DNA from: a virus
Taxonomy: Duplodnaviria > Heunggongvirae > Uroviricota > Caudoviricetes
Direction: 5' to 3' (one strand)
IMG/VR virus record: IMGVR_UViG_3300013104_000019
Coordinates: 87,474-151,473 of that record
DNA length: 64,000 nt
Part shown: positions 17,979 to 27,247 of the stretch, piece after piece
Layout of the letters: every line of letters starts with the position of its first letter
How positions within the stretch are numbered: position 1 is the stretch's first letter
Notes under the pieces: model-generated
What the model saw: the letters and a program-made list of their open reading frames with translations, nothing else
The model's database searches: none
Told to the model about the DNA's origin: nothing
Made by a program: the position numbers and the translations under genes

Positions 17979-18425
17979 ATGCCAATCATCCCGAATCTGA
18001 AATTGATCGTGGCCGGTATTTTGGTTGCCATAGCTGCGATTGCAGCCGGGGTGATCTGGTATCAGCACCGAGAAGTCGGTAGCCTTAACAAGCAAAACGG
18101 GGCCGACAAGGTTGTGATTGCTGACCAGCAGCAAGCTGCTTCGGAAGCACACACGACCATCAACAACCAGCAGCAATCCGCGCAAGTAACCGACGCCGGT
18201 AACGTTGCGATCCAGCAAGCGCCGGTCAAGAACGAGCAGCAGCAAGCCACTGTTCAACAACAGACCGACACCACCATCTCGACCATCAAGCAGCAGTACA
18301 ACACGCTGCCCAAGACGGATCAGAACGCGGTGGCGGAAGATCAAGCGATCGCTCAAGCACAGATCGACGGTCTGTGGAAGACCTACTGCAACGTGGAGCC
18401 GCAAGCGGCACAGTGCAGCCAATAA
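17979..18425 (+). CDS. putative i-spanin (Rz-like)
   Basis: N-terminal TM helix LIVAGILVAIAAIAAGVIWY, Gln-rich coiled-coil periplasmic part, Cys residues near the C-terminus. Confidence 0.65.
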   Translation: MPIIPNLKLIVAGILVAIAAIAAGVIWYQHREVGSLNKQNGADKVVIADQQQAASEAHTTINNQQQSAQVTDAGNVAIQQAPVKNEQQQATVQQQTDTTISTIKQQYNTLPKTDQNAVAEDQAIAQAQIDGLWKTYCNVEPQAAQCSQ

Positions 18426-18440
18426 GAAACGAGGTAGACC

Positions 18441-18818
18441 ATGAAAAAATTGCTACTGGCGAGCATCATTCCGCTTGCCCTGATGGGTTGCACAACCAAT
18501 CCGACCGTTCCGATCTACAAATATCAGAACGTGGTGACGGTGTTGCCTAAGAGCTACACCGGCCATTGCGTGGTCAAGACTCAGCCGCCCGCGAAGGACG
18601 CTTACGTCAAGGCCAGCAAGGACGAGCGCATCAACATGCTGCTCAAGACCAACGCAGGTCTGCTGGTCGACATCCAGACCTGCGACAATCGTTGGGATCA
18701 GGTCGACATCTGGAATTCAGCACAGCTGAAGATTTACGGTAACGATCCCACTGCCGTTTTCCCCGGTCAAGCACCGGCTGCCGCACAAGGAGCATCTGCG
18801 GCCGCTCCCAGCAAATGA
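18441..18818 (+). CDS. putative o-spanin lipoprotein (Rz1-like)
   Basis: Signal peptide with lipobox LALMG-C, 125 aa, directly after the i-spanin candidate. Confidence 0.65.
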   Translation: MKKLLLASIIPLALMGCTTNPTVPIYKYQNVVTVLPKSYTGHCVVKTQPPAKDAYVKASKDERINMLLKTNAGLLVDIQTCDNRWDQVDIWNSAQLKIYGNDPTAVFPGQAPAAAQGASAAAPSK

Positions 18819-18828
18819 GGAGCGCATA

Positions 18829-19296
18829 GTGGATCTGGTCCGAGAAGTATTGAATGGGGTGGCCGACGAACGTTTGCTCTCGAATCACCATGCCGGAGCA
18901 ACTCCTCTGCAAAACCTCGTTAAGACGTATCGCGAGAAGTCCGCGCATAACGACAACGCCCCCAACCTCACGGACGTTTCCGTGGGGAGTGATTTGAAAA
19001 GCGGAATTGGTAACTTGCCCGTTGAGGACCAGGTCTCGATGCTCTATCAGTACTTGGTTGACGCTAAGCGCATCGTGCCAGCTGAGACGGTCGATCAGAT
19101 TGAAGAGCGCAAGCTCAAGCACACGGCGATCAAGGCGTTTATCTGGGTGGCTGGTTTTGTGGTCGTCATGTTGTTTGGTGCTGTAACAACTATCGCTGTA
19201 CGCACCGGGGCTGCACCATCGAATGAGTTGGTCTCGACCTTTTTGGAATTCGCGGGTGAGATCGTGCATTTGATCTTCGCCGGACCCGGCGAATAA
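18829..19296 (+). CDS. membrane protein, possible holin/antiholin
   Basis: 155 aa, GTG start with GAGGA RBS, C-terminal hydrophobic segments AFIWVAGFVVVMLFGAVTTIAV and LVSTFLEFAGEIVHLIF. Confidence 0.55.
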   Translation: MDLVREVLNGVADERLLSNHHAGATPLQNLVKTYREKSAHNDNAPNLTDVSVGSDLKSGIGNLPVEDQVSMLYQYLVDAKRIVPAETVDQIEERKLKHTAIKAFIWVAGFVVVMLFGAVTTIAVRTGAAPSNELVSTFLEFAGEIVHLIFAGPGE

Positions 19297-19310
19297 CCAA
19301 CGGAGAAACT

Positions 19311-20006
19311 ATGTCGAGCGTATGGCACCAGGCTCTCACGCCTGGACAAGTCGCTTTGGAAGGTGAAGCAGATGGCAAACTCCGTAAGGAGAATGAACAT
19401 CTGTGGTTCGCGGAAATGATTCTGGAAGGCGTCCATCATTTCCCGGAACTGGAAAAAGCGGCGTCTTGGGAGTTTCACGATCAATGGGGTATCAAGATCG
19501 GGAAGTCCGAGAAGAACGCGGCAGCCGGTCAAGTGCGCGTGCGTGGCACCTATCCGGGCGGTGAAGGCTTCATGAATCTGGGTGAGCCCGCGTTCACGCA
19601 TGCGGTGAAGATCAACGCAGCGGATGGCGGGGCTTACGAGAACGAGATTGAAGTGACGAAGGAGTACTTCGAGACGTTCCGGTATCTGGCAGATAACGGG
19701 ATGCAGAAAGATCGTTACTTCTTTCCGGTCGACGGTGGTGTGTTTGAAGTCGACATGTTCCTGTTGCCGGGTCTGGCAGAGATGCGACTCAATGGCGGCA
19801 AGAATCGCGGAGCCGATTACCACGTCTGGTGCAAGATCGATTACGAAGTGACGAACTTCGATGCACCGATCCCGAAGATGCCGTTTGAAGTCGTGCGGCT
19901 TATCAAGGGAGGGCGTGGCGTGCAGAACACACCGGAAGAGACGGCACTGCTGGACAAACTCTTCAAGGAAGTCTACACGACACCGAACCCGCTGCTCAAG
20001 AAGTAA
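19311..20006 (+). CDS. CYTH / triphosphate-tunnel metalloenzyme-like protein
   Basis: KENEHLWF (ExE motif), VRVR, AVK, ENEIEV, KDRYFFP, FEVDMF and IDYEV are typical CYTH strands. Confidence 0.7.
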   Translation: MSSVWHQALTPGQVALEGEADGKLRKENEHLWFAEMILEGVHHFPELEKAASWEFHDQWGIKIGKSEKNAAAGQVRVRGTYPGGEGFMNLGEPAFTHAVKINAADGGAYENEIEVTKEYFETFRYLADNGMQKDRYFFPVDGGVFEVDMFLLPGLAEMRLNGGKNRGADYHVWCKIDYEVTNFDAPIPKMPFEVVRLIKGGRGVQNTPEETALLDKLFKEVYTTPNPLLKK

Positions 20007-20010
20007 CGCC

Positions 20011-20049
20011 GGCATATTGGGGAGGCGCAATGCCTCCCCGTTTTATGCC
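20011..20049. terminator. GGCATA-hairpin-TATGCC element (copy 2)
   Basis: GGCATA..GGGGAGGC-GCAAT-GCCTCCCC..TATGCC between convergent stops at 20006 and 20050. Confidence 0.7.
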
Positions 20050-20571
20050 CTAAACAACAGTTTCAGTAAAACCCGGTAAAACAGTAGCTTGCAGTTGTGA
20101 CAGATCGAACTCAATCGGCAACGTGACTTGATCTTGCCATGCCAAGGAGTTCGGATTGGCTTGCAAGACAAACGACGCATCCTGCGGTGTACACTGACGA
20201 TCGACGATGTCGGTGATATCCAGATTGATGCCGTAAGTGGCGTTGATCTGGGGCAGGATTTGACTGAGTGAAAAGTCTTGCGGAGGCAACACAATCGCCG
20301 CAGAATTGACGGGATTCAGCTGGCTCAAGAAAAGACGCCGATAGAACAGCGTTTTCTGGCCCGTATCGCCGCTACAGCGGCCTTGCAGCATGCTGACCAC
20401 TACTTGGGTATCACTCTGATTGGAATCGCCCGGTAGGGGCGTATAATGCGTCGGAGTGCCGAAGACGGCATCCTTGGGTAAATGAAACCCGTTGGTGAAG
20501 TAGACGAGGTCTCGAATGTACTGCTCTGAGGTCGTGGGAGTTTTCTGGGCGGGGTAGGAAGTCAGTCGCAT
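20050..20571 (-). CDS. putative virion/baseplate protein
   Basis: 173 aa with DTQVVVS..LFYRRLFL..ILPQINATYGINLD..VLQANPNSLAW. This resembles a repeated domain type of phiKZ-like tail proteins. Confidence 0.6.
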   Translation of the reverse strand: MRLTSYPAQKTPTTSEQYIRDLVYFTNGFHLPKDAVFGTPTHYTPLPGDSNQSDTQVVVSMLQGRCSGDTGQKTLFYRRLFLSQLNPVNSAAIVLPPQDFSLSQILPQINATYGINLDITDIVDRQCTPQDASFVLQANPNSLAWQDQVTLPIEFDLSQLQATVLPGFTETVV

Positions 20572-20601
20572 GATGGGAACAGCATAAAAGGAAAAAGAGT
20601 A

Positions 20602-20628
20602 GTCCTCCTCCCTTACGAGAGGAGGACC
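20602..20628 (-). terminator. terminator after the adhesin gene, with TATG before the next start
   Basis: On the - strand: GTCCTCCTC/GAGGAGGAC hairpin, pyrimidine run, then TATG (20586-20583) 12 nt before the ATG at 20571. Confidence 0.55.
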
Positions 20629-20631
20629 GCG

Positions 20632-21882
20632 TCACGCCATCAACGTGTCGAAGTAGTCGTGATACTCCTTGACCCACTTCTTGTTCAACTTCAGGTAATG
20701 GCTTTCCAATTGGAACTTGGTGACGTGCTGGTTCCAGTCGAACGAAGTATAATCGAACTTCCACTCGTCGATGAAGGCACCAACCAGATACCCGTCCACA
20801 ATTGCAATCGGTCCATTGAGGACCGGCACAAACACCAGCGTTTTCGGATCTGCACCGATAACAGGAACCGGCGTGCGTTCGACGAACCCATCGAGGTGTG
20901 CGTACTGCACACGACCCTTCAGAATCCGATCGACGTCCTTCAGGCCCGTCATCATGCCAGAACGCATTTCGTCGATGAGGTGCTGGTGGCCTTCTGCCCA
21001 CCAGTACTGAGAGCCGTCCTGCTTGCCCCAGTGCGGGTGTTCTTCCGACCACATGTGTCGCGGGTCTTCCGCAAACATCATCATGCGACGATATTCGCCG
21101 AGTTTTGCCACGTGCAGTCGTTCCATCCGAGCAGGGCCGGTCGGCGTCATCAGCACGTCGCCCGGTTCGAGCGTCTGAATCTGCTTCCACGACTGATCTG
21201 CCATCAGGACCAAGCTACCTGCGACAAAACACGACCCACCTCCACCACCACCTCCTGTGTCTGTAGGGGGAGGCGCAGGCGGTTGACCGTTGACGTAGCC
21301 GGCCGGCGGTTGAGGTCGCTGTGCCGTACCTACCAGGTTCACGACGTAGTTGCGCGGTGCACCTTGCCCTACTGCACCACCCATGCCATAGAACGTCCAC
21401 AGATTAGGTCCGAAAGCACGACTGATAGAGCGATCATTGGTCAGCCGAACATTGTCACCGATCGAGGAGGTGAATGTCACGCCGTCCAAGCTGCAATTGC
21501 CTGCTATCACCGTCAAAGTGGTGCCTGAACGATAGAACCCGGAGATGTTAAAACCATTCGTGGGTCCTGCCGGATAGTTCCCAGTTACCGTGGTATCACC
21601 ACCTGTGGTTGAGAACGCATTGAAACCACCTCCTCGATCGATATACAAGCCTCGACCGAAGTTAGCGTTGTTCGCCCCAGTGTAGTCGACGGTGTAGTAC
21701 TGCGTACCCGCTTCCAACACCGAAACACCGAAGCTCTTGCCGTACCACCAACTCCATGCAAGTCGGCCGTTCGCCCCTGCGAGTCGTTGCAGACCCGCAT
21801 TGCCTGCGTTGATGGGGTTGCCTTGATGTGTTTCATTGCGTGCTTGTCCGATACTGATCGGACCGGAGGATTGCATCGTCAT
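20632..21882 (-). CDS. tail-fibre adhesin-like protein with C-terminal Hint domain
   Basis: N-terminus MTMQSSGPISIGQARNE..LAWSWWYGKS, Gly/Asn-rich body, Pro/Gly linker, then CFVAGSLVLMAD (Hint block A, Cys218) and WSEEHPHW (block B His). Confidence 0.7.
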   Translation of the reverse strand: MTMQSSGPISIGQARNETHQGNPINAGNAGLQRLAGANGRLAWSWWYGKSFGVSVLEAGTQYYTVDYTGANNANFGRGLYIDRGGGFNAFSTTGGDTTVTGNYPAGPTNGFNISGFYRSGTTLTVIAGNCSLDGVTFTSSIGDNVRLTNDRSISRAFGPNLWTFYGMGGAVGQGAPRNYVVNLVGTAQRPQPPAGYVNGQPPAPPPTDTGGGGGGGSCFVAGSLVLMADQSWKQIQTLEPGDVLMTPTGPARMERLHVAKLGEYRRMMMFAEDPRHMWSEEHPHWGKQDGSQYWWAEGHQHLIDEMRSGMMTGLKDVDRILKGRVQYAHLDGFVERTPVPVIGADPKTLVFVPVLNGPIAIVDGYLVGAFIDEWKFDYTSFDWNQHVTKFQLESHYLKLNKKWVKEYHDYFDTLMA

Positions 21883-21894
21883 GATGGTCCTCCG

Positions 21895-23496
21895 TTACGC
21901 TGGCAGCAAAGCCGACTCCACCTCTTCGGCTTCGACGTCATGCGGCGGCAAGAACGTGCCGAGTCCGGCACGACGCACCGCACGGATCACGCCATCCACC
22001 TTCAGGTCGACCGCCTTGATGCCTTCCACCACGAGGGCAGCCAGCTTCTCGTACTGGATCGTCAGGTAGTCTTCACCTGAAATCGAACGGCCATCCGTGC
22101 CGCGATCCCAGCTCGTCAGACCCACGACTTCCGGTGCGACGTTCTTGACTTCACCCGCCAAGAGACCCATGTAGCGACGGGCTTTGTCGACACCCGTCAT
22201 CGCCACAGCCAGATCGTTGTGGTTGTACGTCACACCGTGCAACGAATGGATCTTCTTGAGCGGATTCTTGATCGTCTGGATGTTCTCCTTAAGACGCTCG
22301 TCCGACATGAAGGCCCAGATGTCGTTGTTACAGTAGATCGTCCCCGAGGCATGGATGTCGCCTGCCAAGTCGATGTTGCCCGACGAGTAGACGTAACCGA
22401 ACGTCACCCCTTGTCCGATACCCGTGTAAGCGTACGGATTACCTGCCGGTGCTTTACCGTTGATCTGGTTTTGCAGGTTGTTGATGTTGCCGGAGAATTC
22501 CGGATACGCCACCAGGCCACCGAGGTCGGTCGAGTCCACCTGAGCACGCAAGCGCGAACCGTCCCAGCCGAGATAAACCTTGTTGCTGCCTTGGCTGGCA
22601 CCACCGCCTTGCTGAACCGGCGTGTACGGCAATTTCGCCGCATTGACAGCGCTCGTAATGGCAGCGTCGGTCTGCGCAGTCGTATAGGCACCAACTTGCG
22701 CAGCGGTTGTTCGGTGCGGGTTGTTGAAGTTGTTCTCATGCGAGGTCAACTCCGTGCTCACCGCGTTGATGTTGGTCTGAAGCGCATTCTTTGCCGCCGT
22801 CAGATTCGCATCGCTTTGTGCCGTGGTGTACGCGCCGACTTGAGCTGCCGTGACCTTATGCGGGTTGTTGAAGTTGCTGATGTGCGCATTGAGCGTACTT
22901 TGCAACTGCGCCACGCCTGCATTGATCTGGTCAGTCGCGAGATCGATGTACTTGTAGATCGCATCGTGCGAGGCTTCATCGCCCAGCAAAATTGCGTCAC
23001 GAATACGGTCGAGTGCAGCCACCGTGTACTCGAAGCCGAACAGGTCGCCTGCATCGTGCAAGTGAGCGCTCGGCGGGAACGCATCGGGCTTGCCGATGAT
23101 GGATGGCCACGTTGCGGGACGATCATCCAGATTCAGGTTGTTGATCTGCTGGATGATCGCGGCTGCCGAGTACGAATACTCGCCGCCCACGGCTTGATAC
23201 TGCAACGACACCGACGAAGACACCGTCGGATCGGTGATCATGATGATGGTCATGACCTCCATGCCGGTATCAAGCGATGCTGCTGTCACCAACTCCGCAC
23301 AGTAGAACTGATCAGCCGTCAGGGGATGATTGGTTGCTGTGTCGGTGATGACGAGGCTCTTCGTGTAGAACGGCCCGTACGAAGGTCCAACCACCCGGAT
23401 CTTCCGAGCAGGCATCGTCTGAATATCCCCAGTGACGAGGTTATTCGGATCTTGCCCTGTCGGATCGAACGGGTAACGAATCACAGGGGTACTCAT
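21895..23496 (-). CDS. tail fibre with peptidase S74 intramolecular chaperone (phiKZ gp146-like N-terminus)
   Basis: YPFDPTG N-terminus, two NPH..TAAQVG repeats, SDERLKENI (Ser398) and YLTIQYEKLAALVVEGIK chaperone motifs. Confidence 0.85.
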   Translation of the reverse strand: MSTPVIRYPFDPTGQDPNNLVTGDIQTMPARKIRVVGPSYGPFYTKSLVITDTATNHPLTADQFYCAELVTAASLDTGMEVMTIIMITDPTVSSSVSLQYQAVGGEYSYSAAAIIQQINNLNLDDRPATWPSIIGKPDAFPPSAHLHDAGDLFGFEYTVAALDRIRDAILLGDEASHDAIYKYIDLATDQINAGVAQLQSTLNAHISNFNNPHKVTAAQVGAYTTAQSDANLTAAKNALQTNINAVSTELTSHENNFNNPHRTTAAQVGAYTTAQTDAAITSAVNAAKLPYTPVQQGGGASQGSNKVYLGWDGSRLRAQVDSTDLGGLVAYPEFSGNINNLQNQINGKAPAGNPYAYTGIGQGVTFGYVYSSGNIDLAGDIHASGTIYCNNDIWAFMSDERLKENIQTIKNPLKKIHSLHGVTYNHNDLAVAMTGVDKARRYMGLLAGEVKNVAPEVVGLTSWDRGTDGRSISGEDYLTIQYEKLAALVVEGIKAVDLKVDGVIRAVRRAGLGTFLPPHDVEAEEVESALLPA

Positions 23497-23524
23497 GTTT
23501 TTACTACTCCGTTATCTGTTCGAT

Positions 23525-25387
23525 TTAGCCACCGACCGAAGCCTTCAGGTCGTTGAACGCCGTCGTCATCGCGGAAAGCGCACTCACCACATCGGAGACA
23601 CGAGCAAAACCGTCTTCCACGATGTAGTTCATGCCAGTGGGCTCGGTCGAAGTCGGGCCGCTGGCTGCCGTGAAGATGATGCCGATCGGGTTCAACTCCG
23701 TCGAAACCATGAAGTTCACTTGACCCTTGGTCTTCGCCCAGATTTCGATGGTTGCCACACCGTTGCTGTCCGTGCCTGCGCGCCAGCCGAACTGCACGCT
23801 TACTGCCACGCCCGCCATGTTGATGACAGTCATGGTCGGCTGCGTGGTGCGTGCCGAGAGCGTAAGCAAGTACAGGCCCGATTGCGTGTCGTTGTAGCTG
23901 TCGCCACCTGAGACAATCAACTGCGCATCCGGCAGCTTCGTGGACGAATCAGTGCCAGGCAGATGGATGTAGCCGAGCTTGGTCCAGAGGTTGGTCGACT
24001 GCGTGACGTTCTGTGGTTGCTCCGATTGCTGAGCACCAGCAGGCGAAGACGACTGCACCATGGCGATGAACTGCTGCGGCGTGTAGCCCGCAAAGAGCGA
24101 CGAGTCCGCTGCCTTACCAGCCAAGATAGCCGCTTGCAGCGTTGGCTGGTCCATGCCATAGACATGATTCGCATCGTTGGCGGTGCCGCTCAAGATGGCG
24201 CTGGTCAACTGCGTTTGCGAAAGACCGTACACGGTCTGCGCATTCAAAGCCGTATCGGCTGTGCCAGCCGTCGCTGCTTTACCTGCCAGCACGGCTGCCG
24301 TAAAGGCTGCCGGTGTTTGACCACCGAACTTCGCGGAGTCCGCTGCTTGTGCGGTCGAGCCCAGTTTGCCGAGCAACAAGTTGTCGACTTCTGCCTTCGA
24401 GTAGGCGCCCACTTGACCCGCATTGACACGGTGCGGGTTCGTGTAGTCGTTCTCGTGCAGCGCCAGCTGCGCCACCACACCGTTGTTCACGAGCGTCGCG
24501 GTCTTAAGCGGCGTCATGTAGACGTCGTCACGCGCGCCTGCGCTGGCATCTGACGTGGACGCAACACCATAGTTCTGGACGTTACCCAGACCCACTTGCG
24601 TGGCAGTGGTTTGGTGAGGGTTGGTGTGGTCTGCCTCGTGGTTCGCGAGTGCCTGACTCGGGATGTTCTGCACTGCCAGCGCCGTCATAGCCGGCGTCAT
24701 GTACAGGTCGTTGCGCACTCCAGCTTGTGCATCTGCTGCGGTCGCGACGGCGTAGTTCTGGACGTTGCCAAGTCCGACCTGTGTAGCAGTCACCAAGTGT
24801 GGGTTGTTGTGGTCGGCCAAGTGAGCAGCCAGACCCGTCGAACCCGTTTGACGCAGCATGTCGCTGATCTGGTTGATCGCGTTGACCACATCGCTCATGC
24901 CAACCAAATCGACCAGATTCCACTCGTGGTCGATAACCGGGAAGGTGACCGGTTGTTCCGTGACCTGCTCCCACGTCGTGATACGCGGATTGTGCAGACG
25001 GTCCGCGAGGATCTTCTGGATTGCATCGGTGTCGATCGTCCAGATACCACCCAGCGTCTGATACTTCAGCTGGATTTGGCCAGCCAGCATCGTGTTGTAG
25101 AAGCTGATCGAGCCAGCGATCGGGGTAGCGCACGCGAGCGACGCATCGTGGAACATATGCGTGCAAACGTAGTCAACCCCTTCGACCAGCGTTCTGACAT
25201 TACCGGTCGTATCCTTGAACGTAATCACCAACGAATTGACGAAATACGGAGCAAGGTTCGGAACGATAAGGTGAAAATCCCGGTAGTTCTGTGCAGTAAG
25301 AATTTGCTGCTCAGCCGGGATCAAATTTGATGCCAACTTGCCCGTCGGATCAAACGGATAAGTCGTGCCGTCGATGGGTGTCGACAT
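23525..25387 (-). CDS. tail fibre protein (phiKZ gp145-like)
   Basis: YPFDPTGKLASNLI N-terminus, three H..D..NPH..(T)A.QVG repeats, Ala-rich shaft, beta-rich C-terminal domain. Confidence 0.85.
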   Translation of the reverse strand: MSTPIDGTTYPFDPTGKLASNLIPAEQQILTAQNYRDFHLIVPNLAPYFVNSLVITFKDTTGNVRTLVEGVDYVCTHMFHDASLACATPIAGSISFYNTMLAGQIQLKYQTLGGIWTIDTDAIQKILADRLHNPRITTWEQVTEQPVTFPVIDHEWNLVDLVGMSDVVNAINQISDMLRQTGSTGLAAHLADHNNPHLVTATQVGLGNVQNYAVATAADAQAGVRNDLYMTPAMTALAVQNIPSQALANHEADHTNPHQTTATQVGLGNVQNYGVASTSDASAGARDDVYMTPLKTATLVNNGVVAQLALHENDYTNPHRVNAGQVGAYSKAEVDNLLLGKLGSTAQAADSAKFGGQTPAAFTAAVLAGKAATAGTADTALNAQTVYGLSQTQLTSAILSGTANDANHVYGMDQPTLQAAILAGKAADSSLFAGYTPQQFIAMVQSSSPAGAQQSEQPQNVTQSTNLWTKLGYIHLPGTDSSTKLPDAQLIVSGGDSYNDTQSGLYLLTLSARTTQPTMTVINMAGVAVSVQFGWRAGTDSNGVATIEIWAKTKGQVNFMVSTELNPIGIIFTAASGPTSTEPTGMNYIVEDGFARVSDVVSALSAMTTAFNDLKASVGG

Positions 25388-25472
25388 AAATGCACTCCCG
25401 CGTGAAGAAGCTAATGTTGTGATTCAAAGTCAAACGACTATACTATTTGCACTTTCTTAAGGCGAACTCCCT

Positions 25473-26747
25473 ATGGCCTACACCCTTGTATCAGCGATCG
25501 CAAAGCCTATTGGAGGCGGGGGTCGCTGGGTCAATGTCGACATCTCGAATCTGTCGTTCAACGACATTTTCCAGACGTATTTGCGTGTGATTGCGACGTT
25601 GTCGAATCCGTTTGACAGCGCACCCACTGCATTGGATTTGGCACAAATCGAGTACACGATTGCCGATCCGTCGATTACGTTCAGTCAGTACCTGCAAAAC
25701 ATTGGTACTGCATCGTTGCCGACAACGCCAAATCCGCCCGTCATCAAGACAGCGTACGCCAAGTACAACGACGCATTCAACGCAGGGTATTCGGTCACGC
25801 CAGTCTCATTGGATGCAGCCATCGACACGCAGTTGCCGGACGCTGCGAAGACTTCGCTTAAGCTCACCGACTACACCAACAGCGTAGAGCCGGAGACGAG
25901 TCCGATTAACTTTACGCTCTTTGGCAAAAGTTGCATGGTGTCAGTCAACGGTTACTGGCATTACGTGGCGGCTGATTCGACAGGTGCGCTGGTGCGCGAT
26001 GCCATGGTCAGCTGCGTGAAGAGCAACCGCAACACCATCGGTATCTGGTCGCTGGCCAATCTGGGATCGATCGAGTACATCGATCTGAAGCCGGAGATGA
26101 TTTACACGCAAGACCCGAGTTCCAGTCTTTCGAAGGGCGTGTATATCGACATCGGACAGGACATCAGCAACAAGACGGTATTGCTTGTTATCGCTGGCTA
26201 CCTTCATGTCGTGGATGACCGCTTCCCCGTTTTCAGTCGAGTCGGCGATCAAGTGGTGAAAATCGACTGGGGTAACTTCCCGTACGTTGATCGTTACTTC
26301 GAACAGGCTGAGACGATTGACCTGTCGCCCATGAACCTCACCCACACTGCGAACAACGACTCTCAAGTAGCAGTCAGTGAACTGATGAGCGATGCCGCGA
26401 TCCGTGCGTACTGTTCGTTGTCGCAGTCGTTTGTCGTCTTGCTCGATAACACGGAAGTGTTTGTCGACTATCAGGACGTGACGTCCACGGGTCCGGGTGT
26501 CTACATCGGTTATCAGGAACCGAACTGGCCGCTCCTGACGGGACACGGGAAGGTGAGCGAGTGGTGGAGTACGGAAGAAACAGGACAGTGGGGCGTGTGC
26601 ATTGCGGACAGTCGCATGGACACGCGCACCTACAACACGACCGATCTGGCGCTTAACAGCGTAGCGGCGAATCGGATTCCGGCTCGCACGCATTTCGTCA
26701 GTCCTGCCCAGTACCTGAAACTGGGAACGGATGTCAATTTCAATTGA
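25473..26747 (+). CDS. virion structural protein
   Basis: 424 aa with CMVSVNGYWH and VLLVIAGYLH segments typical of phiKZ-like baseplate proteins. Divergent from the tail fibre genes. Confidence 0.7.
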   Translation: MAYTLVSAIAKPIGGGGRWVNVDISNLSFNDIFQTYLRVIATLSNPFDSAPTALDLAQIEYTIADPSITFSQYLQNIGTASLPTTPNPPVIKTAYAKYNDAFNAGYSVTPVSLDAAIDTQLPDAAKTSLKLTDYTNSVEPETSPINFTLFGKSCMVSVNGYWHYVAADSTGALVRDAMVSCVKSNRNTIGIWSLANLGSIEYIDLKPEMIYTQDPSSSLSKGVYIDIGQDISNKTVLLVIAGYLHVVDDRFPVFSRVGDQVVKIDWGNFPYVDRYFEQAETIDLSPMNLTHTANNDSQVAVSELMSDAAIRAYCSLSQSFVVLLDNTEVFVDYQDVTSTGPGVYIGYQEPNWPLLTGHGKVSEWWSTEETGQWGVCIADSRMDTRTYNTTDLALNSVAANRIPARTHFVSPAQYLKLGTDVNFN

Positions 26748-26748
26748 C

Positions 26749-26802
26749 GGCATAAAGCCCACTAACACCCTGACACAGCTAGGGTGTTAGTGGGTCTATG
26801 CC
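26749..26802. terminator. GGCATA-hairpin-TATGCC element (copy 3)
   Basis: GGCATA..CCCACTAACACCCT(9 nt)AGGGTGTTAGTGGG..TATGCC, a perfect 14-bp stem between convergent genes. Confidence 0.75.
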
Positions 26803-26821
26803 GCTTCTTGCGAATACACCA

Positions 26822-27247
26822 TCAAGACGTCAAGATTTGACGGTGGACCAACAACTGCTTGACGTCCTTTTCGATGTCTTCCGGTCTGCCGTAACGCAGC
26901 CAGCGTGGCATCGCCGCAATGATCTGTTTGGCGGCCCGATCGATCAAGTCGGGAGTGATCTGCTCTTCCAGAACAGACACATCGACAATTTCAGAAAGGG
27001 TTTTGCCATGCCAGATCGCCTTGCTCAGATGGACCGGCAACTTCAGTGCTGCGTCATTGTTGGACAGACCCATGAGCTTGTTCAGCTTCTCCAACATCGG
27101 GTCGTCGTAAGGCGCTGGGCCTTGTTGTCCTTCTTTGGCGCGGGCAAAGAATGAAGCCAGAAACATCAAGCGCTTGGTGCGTCGAGGAAGATAGTTCGCG
27201 AGCAAATGCTCACCATATTCCTTGATTGCCGCCGAGGCTCGGTTCAT
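26822..27247 (-). CDS. hypothetical protein
   Basis: About 141 aa from the ATG at 27247. The ORF track extends it to 27325. Confidence 0.65.
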   Translation of the reverse strand: MNRASAAIKEYGEHLLANYLPRRTKRLMFLASFFARAKEGQQGPAPYDDPMLEKLNKLMGLSNNDAALKLPVHLSKAIWHGKTLSEIVDVSVLEEQITPDLIDRAAKQIIAAMPRWLRYGRPEDIEKDVKQLLVHRQILTS

